Virus record (IMG/VR): IMGVR_UViG_3300018023_000193
Source of the DNA: an uncultured virus (IMG/VR IMGVR_UViG_3300018023_000193)
Taxonomy: Duplodnaviria > Heunggongvirae > Uroviricota > Caudoviricetes
Length of the DNA stretch: 64,000 nucleotides
Reading direction: 5' to 3' (one strand)
This document shows, piece by piece, positions 9,181-19,477 of the stretch. The notes beneath the pieces were generated by a model that searched no databases, was not told the DNA's origin, and saw only the letters and a list, made by a program, of their open reading frames with translations. Each line of letters opens with the position of its first letter. Within the stretch, counting starts at the first letter, position 1. Both the position numbers and the translations under genes were made by a program.

Positions 9181-11448
9181 ATGGCATTTAATTTATTAAG
9201 TCCAGGTGTTCAATTTAGTGAAATTGATGATGATACAACGGTTGTAGGAACCGCTGAAACTGGTGGTGTTTTGGCTGGTCCTTTTACATGGGGTCCTGCA
9301 AATTTAAAAACGCTTGTAGATAGTGAAATTACTTTAAAAAACACTTTTGGTGAACCTGATAACGATACTTCTGCTACATGGTTTACAGCATCAAGTTTCT
9401 TACAATATGGAAATAATTTAAGTGTTGTAAGAGTAATTTCCGCAGATGCAAGAAATGCTGCGGTTATTAATGATGGTGTAACATATGTAGAACCTACTGT
9501 CCCAGGTGCAGGATATGTTCATGTGCCTACATTACAATTTTCTGGTTCTTCAGGAGCAGCAGCTACAGTAGTTGTTGCTAATGGAGAAATCGTAGATGTA
9601 ATAGTTACAAGTTCTGGAGAAGGATTAAGTATTGATTCGCCTCCATCGATTACAGTTATTCCAACAGGTGGAGATATTATTACTGAAGAAGCAGTTTTAA
9701 CTCCAGTTGTTGGTTTAAGAATTCAAAATTCAAACGACTATACAACCAATTTTGCTGCTGGTCAACAAACAGATAGTGGTGAATTTGCTGCCCGATATCC
9801 GGGTGATTTAGGAAATGGTATACAATGTTGGATTTGTGATAGTGCAGAACAATTTGCATTATGGCAATATAAAGGCTTATTCTCTAATCCTCCAGGGACT
9901 TCTGCATATACTGCGGCCTTAGGTGGATCAAATGATGAACTTCATTTAGTATTTGTTGATACTTTAGGAACAATTACAGGAACCCCTGGTGATGTAATTG
10001 AATCTTATGCATTTGTTTCTAAAGCTTCAGATGCTCAAGATTCTCAAGGGAATAGTATCTATTATCCAAATGTTCTTTTCAGTAAATCAAGTTGGGTTTA
10101 TTGGTTAGATTTTCCGACAACAATTCCATTAAATAATTGGGGATCTAAAGCTAAGAATACGGTTTTTGATACTCTTTATGTAGCTGGAACGGCTGCTACT
10201 TCAACATTAGAAGCTGGTGTTACTGGAATTTTATATACAGCTAGAAATGTTGGAAGTGCTGGAAATAATATTACAATTCAATATACAAATCTTGGTACAA
10301 ATGGAACAAGTGCTAGTGTATCTGTAGTTGGTACAGCTATTAATGTTACATTAGGTAATTCAACTTCAGGAACTGCTGGTATTACTACTGCAAACCAAGT
10401 TGTAAGTGCAATTAATAATGTTCCTGCCGCGGCAGCATTAGTTATCCCAATTGTCACAAGTAGTGGAACTGGTGCAGTTTATGCAATAGGTCATACACCA
10501 TTAACTAGTGGATCAAATGCAATTCAATATGTTACTCTTCTTGAAGGTGGAAATGATGGAAATAATACTGTAACTGATGGAGAATTAATGTTAGGTTATG
10601 ATTTATTTAATGTGGATGATTTTTCATTTGGTTTAATTTTGACTGCAAATTATGATGCAACTGTAGTTGGATATTTGATTACAGAAATTGCAGAAGAAAG
10701 ACAAGATTGTGTAGTTTGTTTTTCACCTCCTCAAGATGCAGTTGTTTATAATGCAGGAAATGAAGCAACAGATATTGTTGCTTATGCAAATACTGTACCA
10801 TATTCATCTTATGCATTTATGGATGGTAATTGGTCACAGAAATATGATAAATATAATGATGTTTATCGGTGGGTTCCAGGAAATGGAGATACAGCCGGAT
10901 TATGTGTTTATACTGACCAAGTACGTGATCCATGGTTTTCTCCTGCTGGATTAAATCGTGGTAATTTAAAGGGTGTGGTTTCTCTTGCATGGAATCCAAA
11001 ACAAGCATATCGTGATGTTTTATATCAAGCAAGTATAAATCCCATAGTTTCATTTGCAGGTCAAGGACCGGTTCTTTTTGGTGATAAAACATTTGTTTCT
11101 AAACCGGGAGCTTTTGATCGTATTAATGTTCGGCGTTTATTCATTTATATTGAACAAGCAATATCACAAGCGGCAAAATATACATTATTCGAATTGAATG
11201 ATGATACTACTCGGACACAATTCCGTGGATTAATTGATCCATTTTTACGTGATATTGAAGGTAGACGTGGTTTATATAATTATCTAATTGTTTGTGATGC
11301 AACAAATAATACACCACAAATGATTGATGCACACCAATTCGAAGCTGATATTTATTTACAACCAGCTAAATCTATTAATTATATTCAATTAAATTTCATT
11401 GCTACTCCTACTGGAGTAGATTTCACTGAGATTGTTGGTCAATTCTAA
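9181..11448 (+). CDS. gp18: Tail sheath protein with inserted Gly/Thr-rich domains
   Basis: LSPGV N-terminus, FLQYGN, PWFSPAG.NRG, FDRINVRRLF, FELND. Confidence 0.95.
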   Translation: MAFNLLSPGVQFSEIDDDTTVVGTAETGGVLAGPFTWGPANLKTLVDSEITLKNTFGEPDNDTSATWFTASSFLQYGNNLSVVRVISADARNAAVINDGVTYVEPTVPGAGYVHVPTLQFSGSSGAAATVVVANGEIVDVIVTSSGEGLSIDSPPSITVIPTGGDIITEEAVLTPVVGLRIQNSNDYTTNFAAGQQTDSGEFAARYPGDLGNGIQCWICDSAEQFALWQYKGLFSNPPGTSAYTAALGGSNDELHLVFVDTLGTITGTPGDVIESYAFVSKASDAQDSQGNSIYYPNVLFSKSSWVYWLDFPTTIPLNNWGSKAKNTVFDTLYVAGTAATSTLEAGVTGILYTARNVGSAGNNITIQYTNLGTNGTSASVSVVGTAINVTLGNSTSGTAGITTANQVVSAINNVPAAAALVIPIVTSSGTGAVYAIGHTPLTSGSNAIQYVTLLEGGNDGNNTVTDGELMLGYDLFNVDDFSFGLILTANYDATVVGYLITEIAEERQDCVVCFSPPQDAVVYNAGNEATDIVAYANTVPYSSYAFMDGNWSQKYDKYNDVYRWVPGNGDTAGLCVYTDQVRDPWFSPAGLNRGNLKGVVSLAWNPKQAYRDVLYQASINPIVSFAGQGPVLFGDKTFVSKPGAFDRINVRRLFIYIEQAISQAAKYTLFELNDDTTRTQFRGLIDPFLRDIEGRRGLYNYLIVCDATNNTPQMIDAHQFEADIYLQPAKSINYIQLNFIATPTGVDFTEIVGQF

Positions 11449-11472
11449 GAAAGGTTTTAAGGAGATACTATT

Positions 11473-12057
11473 ATGGCAAGAAGTATTACAGGGTTTCGAG
11501 CAGCCTTAACCGGATCTGGTACCAGACCCAATCTATTCCAAATCGTTTTACAATTTCCTAGTTTAGTTACTGGAGTGGGGGCTGCAAGTGGATTAGTTAC
11601 ACTTTTAGCCCAAACAAGTTCGTTACCAGCGGATAAATTAGGTGAAATTGAAGTACCATATATGGGTCGTAAAACTTACTATCCTGGTGATCGTGAATTT
11701 GATCCTTGGACAGTAACAATTATGAATGATGAAAACTTCTTAATCAGAGATGCATTTGAACTTTGGTTAAGTGCATTAAATGCCCATGTTGCTAACATTC
11801 GTAGTAATGCAGCGGCTACTCCTGCGGCTTATTGTGTGGATGCTTATGTTCAACAATATTCAAAGTTAGATGTTCCTACTATTAAACAATATAAAATGAA
11901 TGGAGCATTTCCAACTGAAGTAGGTGCAATGGAACTTGATTGGGGAACAAACAACACAATTGAAAAGTTCCAATGTACATTTCGGTACCAATGGTGGGAT
12001 GCTGTATCTGTTAATGGTCCTACAACTGATGGAGATGCTGGTCCTTTGAACGGATAA
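11473..12057 (+). CDS. gp19: Tail tube protein
   Basis: RPNLF, VPYMGR, GDREFDPWTVTIMND, FPTEVG, IEKFQCTF. Confidence 0.92.
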   Translation: MARSITGFRAALTGSGTRPNLFQIVLQFPSLVTGVGAASGLVTLLAQTSSLPADKLGEIEVPYMGRKTYYPGDREFDPWTVTIMNDENFLIRDAFELWLSALNAHVANIRSNAAATPAAYCVDAYVQQYSKLDVPTIKQYKMNGAFPTEVGAMELDWGTNNTIEKFQCTFRYQWWDAVSVNGPTTDGDAGPLNG

Positions 12058-12079
12058 TTAATCCGAATAAATAGATAAA

Positions 12080-12101
12080 GAGGGGAGATTAATCTCCCCT
12101 C
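12080..12101 (+). terminator. Stem-loop after gp19
   Basis: GAGGGGAGATTAATCTCCCCTC perfect inverted repeat. Confidence 0.6.
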
Positions 12102-12114
12102 AAAATAGGATATC

Positions 12115-12207
12115 ATGGCTAAACATCAACACCATTCTGAAGAAACAAAATTAAAAATGAAAGCCCCTCATAAAAAATATTTAGAAAGTGTGAATCATAA
12201 TGGCTAA
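12115..12207 (+). pseudogene. 30-aa mini-ORF with NUMOD3-like motif (homing endonuclease relic)
   Basis: AGGA RBS then MAKHQHHSEETKLKMKAPHKKY... Confidence 0.5.
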
Positions 12208-13789
12208 AAATTATTTAATGGAGGCATTTCGGTTATTGGGATTTCAGATAGGAACTCAAAATCCTATCCAAAAATACAAATCATTTGCTATCCCAGCTAA
12301 TGTAGATGGTGCCTCACAAATTGCCTCTGGTGGAATTTATGGAACTTATGTAGATTTAGAAGGTACAGCTAAAAACGAAGCTGAATTAATTACTCGGTAT
12401 AGAGACATGGCCATGCAACCAGAGTGTGACCAAGCAATAGAAGATATTATTACTGATGCAGTTGTCCAAGAAGATAATCGTCCTGCATTATCAATTAATT
12501 TAGAACAATTAGAACAACCTGAAAGTGTCAAAAAGCAAATACATGATGCTTTTGATGAAATTCTTAAACTTTTGAATTTCAATGAAGATGGTATGGAAAT
12601 TTTTAGACGGTGGTATGTTGATGGACGTTTATTTTATCATATATTAGTTGATCCAGATACACCACAAGAAGGTATTAAGGAACTAAGATATTTAGATCCT
12701 AGAAGAGTTCGTAAAATCCGTGAAATTAAAAAGAAATTAGGTGAAGGTGGAGTTGAAATTGTAGATTCTATTTTAGAATATTACCTTTATAATGAACGTG
12801 GAATTGTTAATGTTGAAGCAACAACGGCAATTGGAGTTAAAATTGCTCCTGATGCCATTTGTTATGTTCATTCTGGTTTAATTGATAGTACACGGAATAT
12901 GGTTGTAAGTTATTTGCATAAAGCAATTAAACCACTCAATCAATTACGTGCAATGGAAGATGCTCATGTTATTTATCGGTTAAGTCGTGCGGCTGAACGT
13001 AGAGTATTTTATATTGATGTTGGTAATATGCCAACTAACCGAGCAGAAGCTTATATTAAAGTTATTATGAATGACTTCCGTAATAAATTAGTATATGATT
13101 CTGATACAGGAAATGTTAGAGATGACCATAAATTCTTATCGATGCAAGAGGATTTTTTCTTACCAAGACGTGAAGGTGGACGAGGAACTGAAGTAACAAC
13201 TTTACCTGCTGGAACTAATCTTGGACAAATTGAAGATATTATGTATTTCCAGGAACGGTTATATCAAGCTTTACATGTTCCTAAATCACGTTTAAAATCT
13301 GATGGTGGTTTTGGTGTTGGTCGTGAAGCTGAAATTTCAAGAGATGAAGTTAAATTTTCAAGATTTATTGTAAAACTTCGTAAAAGATTCGATCATTTAA
13401 TTAAAGAACTTTTGAAAATTCAATTAGAATTATGTGGAGTTATTACTAAAGATGAATGGGGAGATTTTAGAGATAATATAACTATTGCTTATCAAAAAGA
13501 TTCGGTCTTTACTGAAGCTAAAGAACAAGAAATTTGGACAAAAAGACTTCAATTATTAACTATGATTGACCCAGAATCTCCTGTTGATAGATATTTTTCA
13601 AGAGAATGGATATTCAAGAATGTATTAATGTTAGATGAAGATCAAATTGAAATTATGAAAGACCAAATTAAAAATGAAAAACCTGAAGTTGATGACGAAA
13701 AAGAAAGAATCGCTTCTTTAGAATCTGGTGTATTTGAACAGGAACCTCCACCAGCACCTAAAAAATCAAAATCGGAGAAAAATAAATAA
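12200..13789 (+). CDS. gp20: Portal vertex protein
   Basis: FRRWYVDGR, YLHKAIKPLNQLR, RRVFYIDVGNMP, EDFFLPRREGGRGTEVTTLP. Confidence 0.97.
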   Translation: MAKNYLMEAFRLLGFQIGTQNPIQKYKSFAIPANVDGASQIASGGIYGTYVDLEGTAKNEAELITRYRDMAMQPECDQAIEDIITDAVVQEDNRPALSINLEQLEQPESVKKQIHDAFDEILKLLNFNEDGMEIFRRWYVDGRLFYHILVDPDTPQEGIKELRYLDPRRVRKIREIKKKLGEGGVEIVDSILEYYLYNERGIVNVEATTAIGVKIAPDAICYVHSGLIDSTRNMVVSYLHKAIKPLNQLRAMEDAHVIYRLSRAAERRVFYIDVGNMPTNRAEAYIKVIMNDFRNKLVYDSDTGNVRDDHKFLSMQEDFFLPRREGGRGTEVTTLPAGTNLGQIEDIMYFQERLYQALHVPKSRLKSDGGFGVGREAEISRDEVKFSRFIVKLRKRFDHLIKELLKIQLELCGVITKDEWGDFRDNITIAYQKDSVFTEAKEQEIWTKRLQLLTMIDPESPVDRYFSREWIFKNVLMLDEDQIEIMKDQIKNEKPEVDDEKERIASLESGVFEQEPPPAPKKSKSEKNK

Positions 13790-13970
13790 TGAAAACAAAA
13801 ATTTATGGGGCATTTGGGCAATTACATGCCAAAAGAAATTATACACAAGAAGAATTGGATAAAACAATTCATGGGTTAGAAGCTGAAGTTGATATAATGG
13901 AAATTATACCCGAAATTTTAAAAGAAGTGAAAATACTAAAGATTAATTGGAATTTAGAATAGGAGAATAT

Positions 13971-14621
13971 ATGACACCAAAATCCGTTAAAAATATAGTT
14001 CTCTCTTGCGAGAATCAGGCACCGTATTCTCTAATCAGTAATGTAGATGAAATTCTTACTGAAAAAGTAACGAAAGCCTACAATAAGAAAAAGAGAGAAT
14101 TAAATTCGAAAGTTTTAACAGAAGGAAAGAAATTATTATTGGAACCTGAAAAAGATAAAGATCCATATGAATCTTATGAACCTAAGGTCCGTGAAGCTAT
14201 TGATTATACTGTGGAAAGTGTATTAGAAAATAATCTCGAATTAGAAAATACTATCCAAATGGCTGCTAAACAATATGGAATTAAAGAAGAATCTTTAAGA
14301 GAATATTTTAACACCTTTCTTGGAGAAACAACAAGAACTGAAATTAGGGTAGATAGTACTAAATCAAATGACCAAGATTCACAAAGTGGAAAAGGTTTAC
14401 GGGATGATGAAGATACTAATAAACGCGTTCGTTATGAATCAGTTTTAGTACTTAAAGATGGACATAGAATGGTTTTAAATGAATCTATAATTAAAAAAAT
14501 AGATACAGTAATGGAAAATTTAACAGAAGATAATTTAAAATATTTTGTAGACCTTTTAACAGGTGATAAAACACATTTCCTTAAAGCTGTAGACTTTTGC
14601 CAAAGAATGGTAAATGACTAA
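13971..14621 (+). CDS. Hypothetical protein in head module (possible prohead core component)
   Basis: ORF with AGGAG RBS between gp20 and gp21. Confidence 0.5.
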   Translation: MTPKSVKNIVLSCENQAPYSLISNVDEILTEKVTKAYNKKKRELNSKVLTEGKKLLLEPEKDKDPYESYEPKVREAIDYTVESVLENNLELENTIQMAAKQYGIKEESLREYFNTFLGETTRTEIRVDSTKSNDQDSQSGKGLRDDEDTNKRVRYESVLVLKDGHRMVLNESIIKKIDTVMENLTEDNLKYFVDLLTGDKTHFLKAVDFCQRMVND

Positions 14622-14640
14622 ATATTAATTGGAGATCTAT

Positions 14641-14919
14641 ATGGTTAAAACAGATATAATTACAGCTATTGAAAATAAAGATTATTTAAGATCTACTGAA
14701 TTATTAGAACGGTCATTGTATCAAAAGGCTGGAGTTATTTTAGAAGAGAAAAAGAAACAAGTAGTTGCTAAAACTTGGAAAGCAATTGATACTCTTCCAG
14801 GTTCAGATGAAAAAGCAAAATTAAATGCATCTCGGCGCAAGGCTTTTAAAGATAAAATGAAGCACCTAAAACATGGTGAAAATAAAGAGCAACACGAGGA
14901 TGCGAAGGCGGGTAAGTAA
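14641..14919 (+). CDS. Prohead core protein (gp67/gp68-like)
   Basis: Small charged protein (DIITAIENKD...LEEKKKQVVAK); synteny. Confidence 0.5.
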   Translation: MVKTDIITAIENKDYLRSTELLERSLYQKAGVILEEKKKQVVAKTWKAIDTLPGSDEKAKLNASRRKAFKDKMKHLKHGENKEQHEDAKAGK

Positions 14920-15158
14920 TGTATCCTTATACTCACGTGGTAAATTTAACGGTTACTACTGCCGGTACTTCCGGATTAGCTAGTGGTGGATCAGCCGGTG
15001 CATATAGTGCATTTATGGCTGGTACAAGTGGAGTTATAGTTATTCAAACCATTTATGGGGAAACTGCGGGACTTACTGTTGAACCTGGATTCATTTATCC
15101 TATTGAGATCCTGTATCTATTATCTTCCAGTGCCGGTACGATTGTAGGATTAAAATAA
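14919..15158 (+). CDS. Small Gly/Ser/Thr-rich hypothetical virion protein
   Basis: 79-aa ORF with TAGTSG/MAGTSG motifs, coupled to neighbouring genes. Confidence 0.5.
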   Translation: MYPYTHVVNLTVTTAGTSGLASGGSAGAYSAFMAGTSGVIVIQTIYGETAGLTVEPGFIYPIEILYLLSSSAGTIVGLK

Positions 15159-15159
15159 T

Positions 15160-15852
15160 ATGTCTAAAATCATTTTAAATGGTGTTGAAATGGACATGCT
15201 AATTGAGGCATGTGATGAATTTCAATTCATAAAAGAAGATCTTAATGGTAAGACCTACCGTATGATTGAAGGTGTATTTTTACAACAAGAAATAGTTAAT
15301 AAAAATAAACGTAAATATCCAAAATCGATTATGGAACCAGAAGTAATCCGTTATGTAAATGAAATGGTTCTTAAAAATAGAGCAGTTGGAGAATTAGGAC
15401 ATCCTGATGGTCCTACAGTAAATCCTGAAAGAGTTTCACATAAAATTATTTCACTTATAAAAGATGGTGATAATTATATTGGAAAAGCAAGAATTTCTAA
15501 TTCACCATTTGGAAAAATTGTTCAAAATTTTTTGGAAGAAGAAATCCTTTTTGGAGTATCTTCAAGAGCAGTTGGAACACTTCGGCGTACAAATGGTATT
15601 GATATGGTTCAAGGTGATTTCCATTTAGCAACTGCGGCAGATATTGTTATGGATCCATCTGCACCTGATGCATTTGTTAGAGGTGTAATGGAAAATAAAG
15701 AATACATTTTTGCTGATGGATTAATTCAAGAAGCAAATTTAGATAAATGGAAAAAAGCTATTAAATTAGCTTCAGAAAATTCTTTACATGAAGTTAGTTT
15801 ACAAGTTTATAAAGAATTCTTAACGGAAATAGATGACCGTTTTAAGATATAG
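15160..15852 (+). CDS. gp21: Prohead core protease
   Basis: IEGVFLQ, NKNKRKYP, GELGHP, GVSSRAVG, DIVMDPSAPDAFV. Confidence 0.95.
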   Translation: MSKIILNGVEMDMLIEACDEFQFIKEDLNGKTYRMIEGVFLQQEIVNKNKRKYPKSIMEPEVIRYVNEMVLKNRAVGELGHPDGPTVNPERVSHKIISLIKDGDNYIGKARISNSPFGKIVQNFLEEEILFGVSSRAVGTLRRTNGIDMVQGDFHLATAADIVMDPSAPDAFVRGVMENKEYIFADGLIQEANLDKWKKAIKLASENSLHEVSLQVYKEFLTEIDDRFKI

Positions 15853-15857
15853 ATTTT

Positions 15858-15865
15858 TATAAATA
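15858..15865 (+). promoter_or_regulatory. T4-type late promoter for gp22
   Basis: TATAAATA. Confidence 0.75.
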
Positions 15866-15918
15866 TGGATAAGAGATATTTATCCATTAATTTTGATTAA
15901 TAGTCGAGGAGACATAGA

Positions 15919-17352
15919 ATGAAATCCTTTAACGAAAAATTGGACGCGATCCTCAGCAAAAAAAAGACCGTATTGACAGAATCAGAAGAACGTTATGGTA
16001 CCAATAGTCCTACACAAGTAAAACCTGAAAAAGGTGAAGATGTAACTAAAGGTGTTATTGATGGTCACGGTAAAATTGATGCTACAGGACCAATTCCTAC
16101 AGGTGCCGTTGATACATTAAAAACTACTCCAGGTGTTTCACCTACTGAAGGTCCTACAGGACATCTTCCTACAAATGCAGATTTGCCCCGTAAACAATTG
16201 GGTGGAGTAGATAAAGATAATAAAGATCCTGGTTCTCGGGAACTTCCTCCTACTCCAAAAGTTTATGGTCTTCATGAGGAAGAAGATGATGAAAAAGAGA
16301 AGGAAAAGAAAGATCTTCCTCCATTTTTGAAGAAAAAGAAAGAAAAAGAAGTTAAAGAAGAAAAAGAAGAAGAAAAAGAAACTTCTAATGCCAATAAACG
16401 TGCTGGTTATACCGATAAAGCTAAAGGATCTGGAGAAAAAGCTGATCGGTTAAAGGAAGAAAATGATAATGAAGAAGGTGAAAAAACTCACGAAAAAGAT
16501 CCTGGTATTAAAGAAGAAGAAGACGAAAAAGAAAGTAAAGCAGAAAAAGAAAAAGAAGAAAAGAAAAAGAAATTAAAAGAAGAGAAAAAAGAAGAAGAGG
16601 AAGATGAAAAAGCTGATAAGAAAGCTGTAAAAGAAGCAACTTCTGCTCTTTTTGCTGGAGATCCTATTTCTGAAGTATTAAAAGAAAAAACATCTACTAT
16701 TTTTGAAGCTACTCTTTCTAATAGAATTAAGGAATATCGTAAAACATTAAAAGAACGTAATACGAGAAAACTTAATGAACGTGTTGAAGAAATCCGCCAA
16801 GAATTGGCAGAAGTAGTAAATGGTTCTCTTGACTTAGTAGTAGAAAGTTGGGTCAAAGAAAATGAAGTACCTTTGGAAAGTGCAATTAAATCTGAATTAG
16901 TAGAATCTTTTATTGGTGAATTAAAACAACTTTTCGAAGAACATTATATTGAATTACCAGAAGAAAAAGTTGATGTTGTTTCTGAAATGGCAAATCGTAT
17001 AAGTAAATTAGAACAAAAATTAAATGAACAAATCGAAACTAATATTTCTTTACAAAAAGAAGTTAAAAAACATGAACGTTCTGAAATTTTTGATCGGGTA
17101 GCAAAAGGTTTGGCAACTACACAAGTGGAAAAATTGAGAACTTTGGCTGAAAGTGTTGAATTCACTACACCGAAGAAATTTGAAACTGCGTTAGCAACTT
17201 TAAGAGACAATGTAGTTAGTTCAAAAGAATCACCTAAGCCAAAAACCTTAGCAGAACAGACATTACTGGATAATGCCACTGATACAAAAACTACTACTTT
17301 AACAATGGTAGAATCAGTTAAAGCAGCATTACACCAAATGGCTAAAAATTAA
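15919..17352 (+). CDS. gp22: Prohead scaffolding protein
   Basis: Long E/K-rich region, TIFEA, LFEEHYIELPEEKVDVV, EKLRTLAESVEF. Confidence 0.88.
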   Translation: MKSFNEKLDAILSKKKTVLTESEERYGTNSPTQVKPEKGEDVTKGVIDGHGKIDATGPIPTGAVDTLKTTPGVSPTEGPTGHLPTNADLPRKQLGGVDKDNKDPGSRELPPTPKVYGLHEEEDDEKEKEKKDLPPFLKKKKEKEVKEEKEEEKETSNANKRAGYTDKAKGSGEKADRLKEENDNEEGEKTHEKDPGIKEEEDEKESKAEKEKEEKKKKLKEEKKEEEEDEKADKKAVKEATSALFAGDPISEVLKEKTSTIFEATLSNRIKEYRKTLKERNTRKLNERVEEIRQELAEVVNGSLDLVVESWVKENEVPLESAIKSELVESFIGELKQLFEEHYIELPEEKVDVVSEMANRISKLEQKLNEQIETNISLQKEVKKHERSEIFDRVAKGLATTQVEKLRTLAESVEFTTPKKFETALATLRDNVVSSKESPKPKTLAEQTLLDNATDTKTTTLTMVESVKAALHQMAKN

Positions 17353-17357
17353 TGGAT

Positions 17358-17365
17358 TATAAATA
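17358..17365 (+). promoter_or_regulatory. T4-type late promoter for gp23
   Basis: TATAAATA. Confidence 0.78.
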
Positions 17366-17407
17366 TTCCATAATAGTGTATTAAAGAATTAAGGAGAATT
17401 AATTAAC

Positions 17408-18766
17408 ATGAGAGACGATATGACCACTGATAAATTGGTTACAAAGTGGGAAACGATTCTTGATGATCCAAGTTATGGCAAACTTGTTAATCGCCACAAA
17501 CGGCGTGTAATTGCTACATTAATGGAAAATCAAAGTGAAGATTTTGAAAAACAAAGCCAAACTTTAAAAGAATCCGCACCTACATTAAGTACAGGAGCCG
17601 GAATTGCTAATTTCGATCCTATTTTGATTTCATTGGTAAGACGTGCTATGCCTAACTTGATTGCATACGATGTTTGTGGTGTGCAACCTATGGTTGGACC
17701 TACCGGTTTAATTTTTGCCATGAAGTCACGTTATACTAGCAAACAAGGAACAGAAGCATTATTCAATGAAGCCCAAACACAATTTTCTGGTCAAGATCCT
17801 AATGGACCTTCTGGACAAGATTGGTTAGGACAAACTGGATCGAATAGTTTTCCTGGTGCTTCATCTCAATCTGGAACAGATCCTGTATCAACTGGATTCC
17901 CACCAGTATCAAGTGTATCTGGTTATACAATCGGTCGTCCTATGACCACACCACAAGCTGAAGCTTTAGGTGATGGAGTTGGATCTGATTTTAATCAGAT
18001 GGCTTTCAGTATTGATAAAATTACTGTGGAAGCTAAAACCCGTGCATTAAAAGCTGAATATTCAGTTGAAGTTGCACAAGACTTAAAAGCTATCCATGGT
18101 TTAGATGCTGAAACAGAATTGGCTAATATCCTTTCGGCTGAAATCTTAACTGAAATTAACCGTGAAGTTATTAGAACAATTTACTATGTATCTGTAACTG
18201 GTGCAGCACAAACAACTGTTCCTGGAACATTCGATCTTGACATTGATGCCAATGGTCGTTGGTCAGTTGAAAAATTTAAGGGTCTTATCTTCCAAGTTGA
18301 ACGTGAAGCTAATGCTATTGCCAAGGCGACGCGTCGTGGAAGAGGTAATGTTATAATCTGTTCTTCAGACGTTGCTAGTGCGTTAGTAATGGCTGGAAAA
18401 TTAGATTATACACCTGCATTACAAAGTGATTTAACAGTAGATGATACTGGAAATACTTTCACTGGTGTATTAAATGGACGTTATCGTGTATATATCGATC
18501 CTTATTTTGGTAATAGTGGAACAAATGAAGAATTCGTATTAGTAGGTTATAAGGGTGCAAATGCTTATGATGCAGGTCTTTTCTATTGTCCATATGTACC
18601 TCTACAATTGTTTAGAGCACAAGATCCTCATACCTTCCAACCGAAGATTGCCTTTAAGACTCGGTATGCTTTGGCGCCAAATCCATTCTGGTCAGACGCG
18701 AATGCTACCCTCCAGGGTAATTCAAGTGCATATTACCGTATGATTAAAGTGGTCAATCTTCTATAA
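17408..18766 (+). CDS. gp23: Major capsid protein
   Basis: LVRRAMPNLIAYDVCGVQPM, RALKAEYS, QDLKAIHGLDAE, EINREV, FYCPYVPL. Confidence 0.98.
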   Translation: MRDDMTTDKLVTKWETILDDPSYGKLVNRHKRRVIATLMENQSEDFEKQSQTLKESAPTLSTGAGIANFDPILISLVRRAMPNLIAYDVCGVQPMVGPTGLIFAMKSRYTSKQGTEALFNEAQTQFSGQDPNGPSGQDWLGQTGSNSFPGASSQSGTDPVSTGFPPVSSVSGYTIGRPMTTPQAEALGDGVGSDFNQMAFSIDKITVEAKTRALKAEYSVEVAQDLKAIHGLDAETELANILSAEILTEINREVIRTIYYVSVTGAAQTTVPGTFDLDIDANGRWSVEKFKGLIFQVEREANAIAKATRRGRGNVIICSSDVASALVMAGKLDYTPALQSDLTVDDTGNTFTGVLNGRYRVYIDPYFGNSGTNEEFVLVGYKGANAYDAGLFYCPYVPLQLFRAQDPHTFQPKIAFKTRYALAPNPFWSDANATLQGNSSAYYRMIKVVNLL

Positions 18767-18792
18767 TCAATTGCCACTGGTTTTAAAATTCC

Positions 18793-18835
18793 GGGGAATT
18801 AGGGACCTTAAAATCCTTAATTCCCCATTTTTTTG
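18793..18835 (+). terminator. Rho-independent terminator after gp23
   Basis: GGGGAATTAGGG...CCTTAATTCCCC followed by a T run. Confidence 0.8.
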
Positions 18836-18837
18836 TC

Positions 18838-18866
18838 TTGACAAATCCTTTAAAATATGATATAAT
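18838..18866 (+). promoter_or_regulatory. Sigma70-type promoter overlapping a late-type AATAAATA
   Basis: TTGACA-N17-TATAAT. Confidence 0.75.
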
Positions 18867-18879
18867 AAATAATAGTGTT

Positions 18880-19476
18880 ATGATAACTAAAACAGATCAA
18901 TCTCAATTATATGGTGCATTAAATCGACAACCAAAAAATGTCAATCCATTATATCCCAATAAATTTATTTTTTTCTTAACTAAATTACCAGAATTATCTT
19001 TATCTAGTAATAGTTGTAATATTCCATCAATGAATGGAAGTAATTGGAAACAAGTAACAAGTGTAAATCCTATTCCAAGAAGTGGATTAAATATTGAATT
19101 TGAAGAATTAGAAGTAACATTTATTGTTGATGCAGATATGAATAATTGGAGCGAATTAGCAAATTGGATGTTATTGATGTATATGGTAAAAACCAGTGCT
19201 GATTATGAAACTGTGAAATTAGAACAATTACAACCACATGAAGAAGGTGGTTTAACTTCAGATGCTCAATTGATACTTTTAACTAACCAATCAGTTCCTA
19301 ATATTGTTTTTTATTTTCGTGATGCTTTTCCAATTTATTTAAGTGGATTTCATTTAACAAATGATGTAAATGAACCTATAGCTATTGAAGCTACTGTAAG
19401 ATTTGCTTATAGTTATTATGATTTTGAAAGTGTAACTCCAACTCAACCTGATACAACAGACGATTCTACAACATAA
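18880..19476 (+). CDS. gp3: Tail completion/tube terminator protein
   Basis: NPLYPNKF, CNIP, LEVTFIVDADMNNWSE, SDAQLILL, FRDAFP; follows gp23. Confidence 0.8.
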   Translation: MITKTDQSQLYGALNRQPKNVNPLYPNKFIFFLTKLPELSLSSNSCNIPSMNGSNWKQVTSVNPIPRSGLNIEFEELEVTFIVDADMNNWSELANWMLLMYMVKTSADYETVKLEQLQPHEEGGLTSDAQLILLTNQSVPNIVFYFRDAFPIYLSGFHLTNDVNEPIAIEATVRFAYSYYDFESVTPTQPDTTDDSTT

Positions 19477-19477
19477 A

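Noticed and set aside
16270..16630. GAA/AAA low-complexity repeats and antisense ORFs
   Set aside because: Explained by the E/K-rich gp22 linker; the minus-strand ORFs are shadows
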